IMG/VR virus record: IMGVR_UViG_3300014203_000001
Span: 64,001-128,000 of that record
Source: a virus
Lineage: Duplodnaviria; Caudoviricetes
Strand: one strand, 5' to 3'
Length of the DNA: 64,000 nt
A model generated the notes under the pieces. The model was not told the DNA's origin. It made no database searches and saw only the letters and a list, made by a program, of their open reading frames with translations. Shown one piece after another: positions 41,301 to 47,700 of the stretch (position 1 is the stretch's first letter; each line of letters starts with the position of its first letter). The position numbers were made by a program, and so were the translations under genes.

Positions 41301-41528
41301 ATCAAATGCCATATCTCCAGCTTTATATACAGGACTGTTTTTTACTAGATTTTTGGCACGTTGTATTGTAGTTTTATAATCTCTAATACCATGAAATACT
41401 TCTTTATATAAATCTTGATTGGATTCAACAAAGCTAGCAGCGGCTGGGGATTTTTCGCTTAAATGTTGTACCGTTGCATATTTCACAGACCTACCAATAT
41501 TCTTTATATATTCAGCAACAGGATTCAT
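29334..41528 (-). CDS. giant tape-measure-like tail protein (4064 aa) with C-terminal C39-like peptidase, GH73 glucosaminidase and NlpC/CHAP-like domains
   Basis: GGAGG RBS before ATG 41528; Gly-rich hydrophobic TMP repeats; SGCGPVS..NHYVV..QDP (C39); YHESGG..NYNFGG..NGYY (GH73); NGCTAF..GDI..DHAVI..GNSS (NlpC/CHAP). Confidence 0.8.
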   Translation of the reverse strand: MNPVAEYIKNIGRSVKYATVQHLSEKSPAAASFVESNQDLYKEVFHGIRDYKTTIQRAKNLVKNSPVYKAGDMAFDNALEDIKSGNLYNKGREDSSFGSFDDFDMESGIDDGFGGDSSGADSATDFTTGDQMVVKTVANSSKKNAYAVSNAVASSAEYIAGTSKAIANQQYIQATRTLNTLQTGFSSLSSGVDALHRFNTDVMSVHVENSKKFFETSTCLLQEQNAILKEMVTMQREKYKVALEEEKEKKANRIDDVFNANGIPDMKNYAKVIWGNTKNTLNEQSGGMMSMLSEENLKMLASNPLGFIPQFLISSMMGPKLNTALEKFDSTMAGMFTTFTAKMNKNANDENASPMEQFLGKIFGVKNNVKNTIDTSKFEKGAVPFNGITQKSIVEVIPGHLRRIEALLSGQNERFFDHNSGKWTDAKSIKTSFANIKKSNVQSSMSDVSDEMGKMMQSLVFKERRDKEAFLKDMQSMFTQIYDDGGFFDPNNKKSSAHTDYGVQSKANFKILQEMYKNLKRKTVMATPGNVMSQREMHNKNMENIEKEGYSLYGNLTNNYGMDSHIRQDSKTQEIKEKYGNLGDSSNLLKIQDPFKKNIFDYLRMIHQELFIVRKGGSIGGKSRGKKGKFAPDNNTIDFNQFTEKDWKNYYESQLGPKDKSNAKLREEQEANLNEQHRVKSQEDAKRAKANGKIVAEVDQYMDDTSAATGAIYTNAHNAKLAEDRRTHDANETWLNKMMADSAKKARKNISENPEMKDGATFLDQLLHAGSLGAKYDVIRNGIDKLTAKPSDLLTGMLTKADQNIYDFFYGKETGVTDEKGNKVKGFFNRMVFELKGTFGKVNDWIDNSLLKPFKDKFGGKSMWEAGKNALKKYTNIDVDEIFSKAKGFFVGDNGILQPTIDAVKDTFKQAYEEAKKDLQKSKKDANQFYHNQVLGEQTDEQKLTSAKKKAGVDHLDESRLFRTAMANSSKISGYKNLHAKLQSKEADLLNKLNSTTDPKERARIEKQLDIIYTNAEDKVSQKSKEYDETNSNITKVSSRINEYAETDEDKAISAKKAKHTKRLDELKNLLGVTDLSKVNLESDEYSHLNTDENKADLEEAKSLQKEISKLKTGMEKLTKEKAALEAKKKSLWDETGTSKDKASLDPKLLLEYAKENKNKSEFRGNRDFEDAINYMSSILNVASSRPEAKQAYKTVEALAKEYKNATTGMKGDPLKGIQVDINRANSQGDIQGASELTEKLNTIIASKGALVGRYTNIFSNALGKIGISEDRISGIVSELITTNSLESLGEINTNFDKFVSEVGKIDSSLTPLLQSYSSSGMIKRQLDGVKFGSKKQGKRAAKLVAGTTRLENFTEVGNKFVGKDDKPSARDEDYYKILGMDLQTDPNAYDNRTNKISHFATGARNITKSGLTIVSEGEAIIPSDVNPYNPNLKYADRAKDAENEKRIKQRIGKSFDVNDIAQNAEGSTAFGTKENTGFAKLTDDVKSGATSFFNTLFNTDDSSKILTKTNEEVRKHLPKGIAGGLLGGTVGLLTGIGGPLLGAVAGSAISVVSNSETLQKSLFGEKVYDAEGNETGKRAGGLFSSEFQDTMKKYLPDAKTYGITGTVLGMLTPLGPLGGLMMGSAISFAKNNETVKNSLFGKTGLINDDSKKIIQKVFPHVAAGAISTMFLGPFGLLGNAILGSGIGLATTTDEFKDMMLGKADAKGNRKGGLAGSLRSALIDPLASFGNTMQSTFVNFVKRDMLTPLKRSIAPLGKQISLAMKDTMKIIGKTITGIVKPVVSTALDAVLTPIKIIAKPLLAPFKKGMGKISGFLKNGLGKVVSSPFKALEAVADTARAHQISKSNADYMTASERLEFMASKGKDYKLKDYDTQLAGAKKGDLVKVSDLMGELKKGKKFVDSRHDEYSQDLKDTVYNKASSYKWDKATAYNIHKAAQEGDMQRVQDLIQQSNLSTAEKQKLSSELNEKADKYRESKYRKDNYTGNENDIYKTLQEKHGIKGINAKNIDKYRSVLETEIQSRHDKTPSGAEEEQMSSMNSALETNTDKLVDYLKPQLDTLTEIRDTLQGITPEQRRALVNDKEQGKRASEVYKNTNDDAADSRNKAIESLYGGDTKIDARHRYSMTDNKRRHKMIRKSAEAGHKLNDINTAMDYSDKQLNRFLTIQSTGYDIKDYDKIAKMSQSGFDNVVAITKSGMKITDMDAIIEADPEILKGMVELYKAGYTNESQKNLMEMAKSKSRYLSDKFKGKAMDAMNSSKNADSDKASHGIIKNENENNTHDYRSFGDKVKDTVDAAKEITAPLRSKYGAAIKGKIKSIGETLATKDKGFANMFAEGAASISKGGVAVVSKGERIEPAKQSFSEMVSAAKSGGPMHIGGFTDGFKAPLASAVAGASKLKDKFLGKQVPTDYGMATYTKATDGSMRMDNSKDNKAITDHIAERDNTQKGILENLKILAGTAKGKAGNAINKTVETAKGGLLGALSGLLGLFKMPLTLLKSMGSLLLAPLEMLGLGGLAKSALGWAGGKIKNAASWAGNKALDAGKTAFNWAGDKAGILGGKLKDKFMGTKFGQKVGKWNDKFTNSKVGKWATKGKNAISGLFGGGEQSSATEANAIGADGNPVDEPTDMIDAINVNRTSIVSYLQQILDAINNNGSGGAEDNDNPLSDLANGDDKKKRRRRGSRANNTAGNRSSKWAKAGKIGAAVAGVAALSYGAYKLSGGGDNQADYQGPDTPTQNDPTGDNKALGTIGGILGFTSVAAKAMNGLSPDMVEKAQVFLAKAKDGLSAMVTKLGKWIPNKGVYAGVQEFCAKLIEKISTPKCITKIVEKLGTKLAMGPAYAAGLAAGGVGAIVVGAAETVGWFLQGWSSANEMLHLQSGATTGMKFVVGLVNAAISMIPIIGIVIPTDTVLDLAIEYVGAPFGFGRSDIEKIAKANEDANKKTSAAINNASSESSQASNPTSDSTDNASEKSTFQTAVDTAKKMGSDAYEGAKSGVNYVIDKGADALKSIKEKGAAAVDWVNNNAQYVANKASDMWQNTKSTVSSWFNGGKGKYGYGKTGPKYGRGLAAGFNSQLDPANAMDFNAAGDTVHQSMKDSGCGPVSATNMASALGVSIDPKAAASYALNKGYKEKDGGTEPGYFGDLLGNYGIGTEKVNSSDSIKDNLSQGNPVLLMGKDGKGVNSKNPYGEYNHYVVGTGMDGKGNITVQDPESTTPDQVYKASDVLNKSSMAIAAGKGLGKFGLGNYLPGANKKKSGKGKYGMGYSHDIHIASKNDPVKTKSGKGKWGRGGDLNPEHMWALANWVSEKIGLKPEFVYGQWYHESGGFSSRLAKENYNFGGMTQSQPTGDPADKQPDGTCYYMHFGAPEEWAEYYAGYIKKCDGVIGTNSVPEFAQALKDNGYYGASVDEYINGVSAGIAQIPGKYDTSLVDSSKFGKRTSGTASSGSNKPKNTGLFGKLAELSSVMSGALDLSGGKGKWGRGPDGLTSSAPADTTTPPATTPTPAAATPATTPAAATTASSGSFLDGAIAQAKQLAGSVQGAFKPLAGNIMSSASKMFGDSTIKTIFGDDNPFSSIFGSKKKTDGSKNNSSSSNGSFTSSSTNEGIKKASDWANQLVSSDQPQGYGPNGCTAFAKDYLQHAGNPFADQMDLYCPTLKDQAKSSGLWKEASQGGAEGDIALVDTNNNMTEADGPDHAVIADGQGGFFGNSSSTLKVKHGPMADTWGADKIWGYVSTGAGNANVVSGAKTNGIDVAAEAGPGSQTGAGKYGLGKFGIGNYLPGANKKAKNAKGKYGRSKKYGKGAFAYSAEEVASYMNREYDNTSKAGEMADALAQLATEDPDQYQAIIEKSRAITDSNYSTDDTADYNAIQPGDSNDVIAAKNAKNAELAKSVPVSDKPTDNSVTNPNKDKLSIVNNLLNDKNSLVNNNKKDTPKPNSIVNKVEKNVIDINKPTQSTQAVTQAAQSLVQTQQQLAKVATSAASIGGADYGAKFDTMIALLTSIATALGAQTKPATANSTTQQNATNPAASIMSKLSTAGNGSTNGTGDLMAGKDTQSIINSMQAIIAR
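30183..31826. repeat. nested intragenic direct repeats: 51 bp (30183-30233 / 31776-31826, 2 mismatches) and 24 bp exact (31092-31115 / 31668-31691)
   Basis: Direct sequence comparison; they encode GLGKFGxGNYLPGANKK and GKGKWGRG. Confidence 0.85.
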
Positions 41529-41554
41529 TCCTATTCCTCCTTTCACTATACGAT

Positions 41555-41566
41555 TATATCTATGTT
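41555..41566 (-). promoter_or_regulatory. putative late promoter
   Basis: AACA-TAGATA-TA about 27 nt upstream of ATG 41528. Confidence 0.55.
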
Positions 41567-41582
41567 TTGTCAGATAGAAATG

Positions 41583-41607
41583 CAGACTACAGCATTGCTG
41601 TAGTCTG
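41583..41607. terminator. palindromic terminator
   Basis: cagactacagca-t-tgctgtagtctg. Confidence 0.7.
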
Positions 41608-41611
41608 ATAT

Positions 41612-41851
41612 TCAATATTGTTTAAATTTAGCAAGATCTTCCAATGGAATGCAAGTATTAATTATTTCTCCGTCTAAGCTGGTAATAATTGCAGTAGGAA
41701 TGTTCATCCCAGTACTAGTATTACCGATGCCGCCCCTATGAATTGATGATAACATTTCATCAACTTGCTCTTTTGTGTATAACCCTAGATCTGTTCTATT
41801 TTTGATAAGAATATCGTGGCATTCTTTTGTAGTCATTTCTGAAAATAGCAT
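41612..41851 (-). CDS. small hypothetical protein, paralogue of 41905..42123
   Basis: Shared FSEMTTxEC..YT..Q..EM. Confidence 0.75.
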   Translation of the reverse strand: MLFSEMTTKECHDILIKNRTDLGLYTKEQVDEMLSSIHRGGIGNTSTGMNIPTAIITSLDGEIINTCIPLEDLAKFKQY

Positions 41852-41904
41852 AATATACACCGTCCTCTTAAATTTATTTATTATTATGTAAACGGGTTCA
41901 AATT

Positions 41905-42123
41905 CTAACTATTTTTCCATCTATTAATATCTTCTACACTTATATCTGCACATACAGTTTCACTATCTTTACTAGTAACGTAAACCATATCGCCTAATAT
42001 TTTCATCTCTAAAATTTGTCCCATTGTATATCTTGATAGACATGTTCCTTTGCTTTTAAATAAGTCTTTGCATTCTTCTGTGGTCATTTCTGAAAAATAT
42101 CTACGATCTCTTTTACTGAACAT
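41905..42123 (-). CDS. small hypothetical protein, paralogue of 41612..41851
   Basis: GGAG RBS; AACA-N6-TA at 42151-42162. Confidence 0.75.
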   Translation of the reverse strand: MFSKRDRRYFSEMTTEECKDLFKSKGTCLSRYTMGQILEMKILGDMVYVTSKDSETVCADISVEDINRWKNS

Positions 42124-42174
42124 AATATATCACTCCAATATATCTTATAATACTATCATGTTGAGACAAAGGAC

Positions 42175-42202
42175 ATAAGACTACTCCTAGGAGTAGTCTT
42201 AT
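42175..42202. terminator. 28-bp perfect palindrome (20-bp core repeated at 42461-42480)
   Basis: ataagactactcctaggagtagtcttat. Confidence 0.7.
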
Positions 42203-42438
42203 ATTTTATTAATCCTATCAAAGACACTTTTAGAATATATTTTATCGTTTTCTAACCTTTTTGTTATTTTTCTAAATATATCATCATTAGAACATTTTAT
42301 ATTTAATGTATCATTTTCACTGTCTTTGTATACAACTATTTTACCAGCTTTAACAGAATTTGATAATGCTAATCTAAATTCTATCTCTGTATAATGCTCT
42401 AATGAATATAATTCTGATTAGCATATTATAATATTCAT
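42199..42438 (-). pseudogene. 80-codon gene with in-frame TAA at codon 7
   Basis: GGAGG RBS; MNIIIC*SELYSLEHYTEIEFRLAL...VFDRINKI* ends exactly at the palindrome. Confidence 0.65.
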
Positions 42439-42478
42439 ATATCCTCCAAAAATAAAAGATACTACTCCTAGGAGTAGT

Positions 42479-42922
42479 CTAGTATGGCATAAAAGTATAA
42501 TTACATGAGTCATTATATTGGAATATCATTATGTCATCGTCCCAACAAAATACTGTCATTTTATAATACGTATCAGAATAAATATTTGATTGTCCTTTAT
42601 AATAATTTATGCAAAAATCTATGGAATATTTTTCATCTTCCGAAAATACAACTATATTCTCTTTAGGAACAGAGAAGCTATTGAACAGCTCTATAACCAT
42701 CAAATTAAAATCAGATGTTGTATTCGATAAAATAAAGGTTGTATTCCTTATATCATCCTTATTCCAACCCACTATACTAAATTGATGGCGTAGAGTGTTG
42801 GCTATAGTTTCTATTTTACCTCTTTCTTCACTACCAATAATCATCACGGTTTTAGGTAAAGAATCACTAAGTTTTTTAATATAGGTTGGTATAGCATTAA
42901 TAGCACTTGTAATATCGATCAT
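42479..42922 (-). CDS. hypothetical protein
   Basis: 147-aa ORF, GGAGG RBS, bounded by hairpins. Confidence 0.8.
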   Translation of the reverse strand: MIDITSAINAIPTYIKKLSDSLPKTVMIIGSEERGKIETIANTLRHQFSIVGWNKDDIRNTTFILSNTTSDFNLMVIELFNSFSVPKENIVVFSEDEKYSIDFCINYYKGQSNIYSDTYYKMTVFCWDDDIMIFQYNDSCNYTFMPY

Positions 42923-42942
42923 GATATAACCTCCGATAAATT

Positions 42943-42974
42943 AAAAGAGACTACCAGTTTTGGTAGTCTCTTTT
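42943..42974. terminator. bidirectional stem-loop terminator
   Basis: aaaagagactacca-gttt-tggtagtctctttt. Confidence 0.75.
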
Positions 42975-42982
42975 GTGTGGTA

Positions 42983-43516
42983 TTATTTAGCTACCCATGT
43001 AGGGCATGGTGCATATACTTTAATACTTTCATATGCAGGTACAAGAGTTTCCCCTCTACCATAAATAGGTTTGTTAGTTTTCTCATCAATACCAATTTGT
43101 TTTGGATAAGGACGAGGACCAGCTTCAACTTCTTTTACACTAATAGCAACATCAGATTTTTCTCTTCCGCCTAAAGGAAGTTTACGACCAGTATGGACAT
43201 AGGTGTTAATGAATTCTTTAGCAACGCCTACAAGATTCTCGGCTTCACCATTCTTAAATTCATAACCTTCCATGATGGAAGCAGCTTCAGCTGCAGGAAT
43301 TTTAGCAGCTCCAGACATAACAGATGCAGCCATAGCACGTACTGCTTTAGATGGATTAAAAGTATCAGCTTTACCTTCTTTAGTATAAACGCCTACTTCA
43401 TATGAAGTATCATTCATCATTGCTCGCATTACACGAACCTCATCTTTTTTACTACCTGTCATTTGAGTAATTGTACCTTTGATTTCGTCTACTAATTTTT
43501 TTACAGTTGTATCCAT
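42983..43516 (-). CDS. divergent HU/IHF-like DNA-binding protein
   Basis: AAKIPAAEAASIM..FINTYVHTGRKLPLGG..VKEVEA..P..LVPAYESIKV parallels the HU helices and beta-arm. Confidence 0.45.
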   Translation of the reverse strand: MDTTVKKLVDEIKGTITQMTGSKKDEVRVMRAMMNDTSYEVGVYTKEGKADTFNPSKAVRAMAASVMSGAAKIPAAEAASIMEGYEFKNGEAENLVGVAKEFINTYVHTGRKLPLGGREKSDVAISVKEVEAGPRPYPKQIGIDEKTNKPIYGRGETLVPAYESIKVYAPCPTWVAK

Positions 43517-43675
43517 TTTTATATCCCCCTTATAATTTGTTTTATTGGATTACATTAAAGTTACATGTGTAATTAATTATAATTTCATAATACCTCTAGA
43601 ATAGACTAATTATAATACATTACAAACATTAGAATTCATATTTGAATTTATTTACTAAATCTAATAGAGAATCTA

Positions 43676-43816
43676 TCATTTCTTATCTTCCTCCATTCTT
43701 TTTACTCTTACTGCTGGATATATTAGCTTAACAGGTTTACATTTCTCATGAAGAATATTATTTAATTCTTCTCTAGTGCACGTAGATATCTTCTTTAAGA
43801 ATTCAGTCTTTCCCAT
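43676..43816 (-). CDS. 46-aa hypothetical protein
   Basis: MGKTEFLKKISTCTREELNNILHEKCKPVKLIYPAVRVKRMEEDKK*, coupled to the upstream stop. Confidence 0.6.
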   Translation of the reverse strand: MGKTEFLKKISTCTREELNNILHEKCKPVKLIYPAVRVKRMEEDKK

Positions 43817-43817
43817 A

Positions 43818-44615
43818 TTATAGCTCACTCCATATCAATGCAGTAATTTTATATTCAGTATCACTTATCTTTTCAATACCAACTATCTTTCTATCAACGA
43901 AGCCATCGCTTATTAGATTACACATATTATTTGGTTCCATTACTCTTAGGATATTCGTTTCTGTATTGAATATCATGCCATATTTTATAGGGTAATCATC
44001 TGGATCTATTTTATATAAATTGATACCTAATACTATTTGTTTTTCTAAAGGTTTATATGTAGTAATAGAAATTGTATATCTATCGTCCAGGCATTGTTTT
44101 ATTACATGTGGCAAACTAGATATAGCGTACTTATAATCTTCGTCTATATCTCCAAATACGTCTGAATCATGTATTTTATAGATTTTACCAGTAGATTTTA
44201 ATCCATCAATAAATCTTATATCTAGCATTTTTCTTCTTATATCTTCATTAACAAAATAGAAGATGATCTTAGCGATTGTATTCTCCATTATTTCCATACA
44301 ATCATCAAACTTTTCTTTAGATACTAATATACATGTGGATAATTTTTTAATTTTACCCCACCCATCAAATGGATATTCTCTATATCCATATATAGATACC
44401 AGATATTCTCCTATCTTTTCAGTATCTATATCTATAATTATTTTAGATGTATCTTTATAAAAATACTCGCATCTTTTTATAGCATCGCAGGTATCTACCA
44501 TTTTGTTAAACCCTGCATCTACTAATTCCTGTATAATATCATTAACAATACTTATTTTCTTGGGTAATTTCTTAGTTGTTTCTATTTCCTCGATAATATC
44601 TTCTATTTTTCTCAT
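43818..44615 (-). CDS. hypothetical protein
   Basis: 265-aa ORF, GAGGGGG RBS. Confidence 0.8.
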   Translation of the reverse strand: MRKIEDIIEEIETTKKLPKKISIVNDIIQELVDAGFNKMVDTCDAIKRCEYFYKDTSKIIIDIDTEKIGEYLVSIYGYREYPFDGWGKIKKLSTCILVSKEKFDDCMEIMENTIAKIIFYFVNEDIRRKMLDIRFIDGLKSTGKIYKIHDSDVFGDIDEDYKYAISSLPHVIKQCLDDRYTISITTYKPLEKQIVLGINLYKIDPDDYPIKYGMIFNTETNILRVMEPNNMCNLISDGFVDRKIVGIEKISDTEYKITALIWSEL

Positions 44616-44698
44616 TTTAATTCCCCCTCTTCTTTTATTCTAAAGTCAATATTCATTTAAAATCTTATATCCTGGGTAGCATACAATTAGATATAGTA

Positions 44699-44710
44699 AA
44701 CACTAGAGTA
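44699..44710 (+). promoter_or_regulatory. putative late promoter
   Basis: AACA-CTAGAG-TA upstream of the RNAP gene. Confidence 0.55.
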
Positions 44711-44737
44711 ACTAAACAAGAAAAGGTGGTAGATATT

Positions 44738-47700
44738 ATGACAGTATATCTTGAAGATATAAAGCCGATGATATTAAATAAAACACAGTTCTTCCTACCT
44801 ATTAACGAGGAAGATAAGAAGAAGAATAGTGCTATATTTCTATTAACTCCTAATATAGAAAGCTCTATTAATACAATGAAACACCCACTAACTTTGAATA
44901 GAAGGCTATTTGAATCTTATTATATAGAGAAGGATATCTCTTTTATTATTAATGAAGCTCACCAATTAGTAAGAAGTGATGTAGTTCCTTTATACGAATC
45001 AATGGTAGAGCAATATAAGAATAGTAGAATTTATATAAATTCCGTAAATGAACAAGCTATCCTTTCAGAAGCAGCAGAGGATATTATTGCAGAGGATTAT
45101 ACTTTACTTAGAGAAGATTATCTAGTAACAGAAGACTTTATTCATACTAATTATGAGCTTCAAGAAAGTAAGTTCTTCTTTGGAGATGCAGTTCAATCTA
45201 TATTAGAAGAAGATAGTCCTAAATCTGGTAATTATTCTGCTATGATGCGAAAGCTTCTATATTCGGAAAGAATAAAGAATCAGAAAGAATGTATTCTAAT
45301 CCATGATAAAGTAAAAGCAGATCTTGCCTTTATTAGATATACTTATATCAACTATGCTTTATATAAACAGAGAAACTTATTCATAGATTGGTCTTATTAT
45401 ACTCAGGCTTTCTTTAAGAACAATGTATATAAGTTAGATAGAGCGGTAGATCTATATTTTGAGTTTCTTAATAAATTCTTATCTGATACTAGATTAGACG
45501 ATAATGGATACAAAATCAAAACTGTATTCATTCCAGTATTAGATTGGGTTAAAACAGATATTGTTGCTTGGGATTATACAAAAGATATCAATCCTATCTC
45601 TATGATATATAGACTTCTGAAACGTAAGTCTACTATACTAACTGACAAATGGAGTGGATATACATTTGTATTCTTATCAGATAAAGCATACTTCAAGCTA
45701 AACTTCAGTGAATTCAATGAAACTAAACTTCCTGTATTTGTTAGTCTTATTAGCAAACTTAGTACAGGACAGGTTCAGGATGCTGAATTGGAAACTAATG
45801 ATTCATCTAAAGCTATTGTTCATAAAGTAATAGATAAGATGGAAGATGGTGGTATAGAAATCACTAATCTTACTGGAGGAACAACTAAGATATCTCCAGA
45901 GGAAATGAAAAAGAAGTTTGATAATGGAGATACTATTATTTCTAAAGATACGTCTAAAGAAGATGCCGAAGAAGAAAAGAAAGCTCAGTTAGTAAACCAA
46001 ATTAAAACAGTAGCTGATAAATCTTCTGATGAGAATAATGCCATGGAGAATCTAGATTCTGATATGGATAATGAATGGACTAAGCAACTTATTGTCGATT
46101 TACAATCAGAAGATGGTCCTAATATAAATGCTAGTCGAAAAGCTAGAATACTTAGTCTTAGAAGTGATTTTTCTAATAAGAAGATTAATGGTACTAAAGT
46201 AGAAGATCTTATTAAGAAGAATAAAGAGATGACCGAGTTAGAAGTGGATACTATTCCTATAGACAATATCAATGAAGAATGGCAAAATGTACAGTTTAGT
46301 ACCTTTAGTAAAAACTACGATCTAGACTCAGATATATATGCTATATTAGCAGATATGAGTTCTAAGTCAGAACCTATCATGATAATATCAGTAGATAAGA
46401 AAGATACATCTACATCGGAAGATTATATTGAGACTTGGGATATAAAATGTGAAGATGCCAATGGTAAACGTTTTACTATTAAACTGGATATTCCTAAGTT
46501 TATAAACAATCGGTATATGAAACTAAGAGGAAATCTAAAAGTAGTTAGTGGGCAATTAGTTCTTATTCCTATTATCAAGACAGATGAAGATACAGCTCAG
46601 ATAGTATCCTGTTCATATAACAAGATATTCATCAAAAGAATAAATCCAAGCGGTGGTTCTAAAACTACTAGAGCTGTTAGTAAACTAGTAAAAGCTTTAT
46701 CTAAATATGAAGGAACTAAGATAAAAACTTTTGAGGGGGATAATAGCTTTGTATCTAGTAAGTATGAACTCCCTATAGAATACAAAGATCTATCTGGATT
46801 GTATAGCAGAATAGAATTGTCAGATGGAAGTTACTTCTCTTTTAATATGGATGATATGAGAAAGATTCCTTTACAGCATCCTAAAGAAGATATGAATAGA
46901 ATACCTCTTTATGTAAATAAAGATGGTAAAGCTGAATGTTGTACGGATGAGGCAGCCAATTTCATTATGCTTAAACTTATTGCGGCAGATCCAGCTTTTG
47001 ATGATATATTGAGCAATATCAAACCAGATAAGAGATTAAGCTACACATCTGCTAGTATTCTTAATACCGATATTCCCGTTATAGTTGTTATGGCATATAG
47101 TGAAGGATTGCAAACAGCTATGACTAAAGGTGGAGTTAAATTTAATTTTACTGATAAACGTCCCAATGCCAGCGAATTTTTTATTAAGTTCTCAGATGGA
47201 TATATAGTCTATCAAGATAATCCCAGTGTTTCTCTTCTAATGAGTGGATTAGCTCATTGTGATACTGCTAGCTATTCTATTAAAGATATTAATAAAAAAG
47301 AAATGTGGTTAGATTTCTTAGATAACTTCGGTGGTAGAATAAAAGCTGATGGTTTAGATAACTTCTATGATCTCATGTTTGATCCCACTACGAAAGAGGT
47401 TTGTGAATTATATCATCTACCTACTGATTATATTGAAGCGTTAGGTTATGCTAGTGATCTTCTAACTGATACTAAGTATAATAAACATGTAGATATTTCT
47501 GGTAATAGGATTAGAACTAATGAGATAATTGCAGGATATGTGTATAAAGCTATATCTAAAGGGTATGGAGAATACAAAACTCAATTAAAGAGAAATAAGA
47601 AAGACGCTTCTCTTACAATAAAACAATCTGCAGTTATAGATAATATACTAATGGACCCTACGTCTACAGATTTGTCTATTCTAAACGCATTACTAGAAGC

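Noticed and set aside
41529-41615. N-terminal extension of the 4093-aa ORF as listed
   Set aside because: It crosses a terminator palindrome and promoter; the GGAGG RBS supports ATG 41528.
43629-43679. 16-codon ORF coupled to the 46-aa gene (MIDSLLDLVNKFKYEF*)
   Set aside because: It has a GGAGG RBS but is too short to support; possibly a gene remnant.
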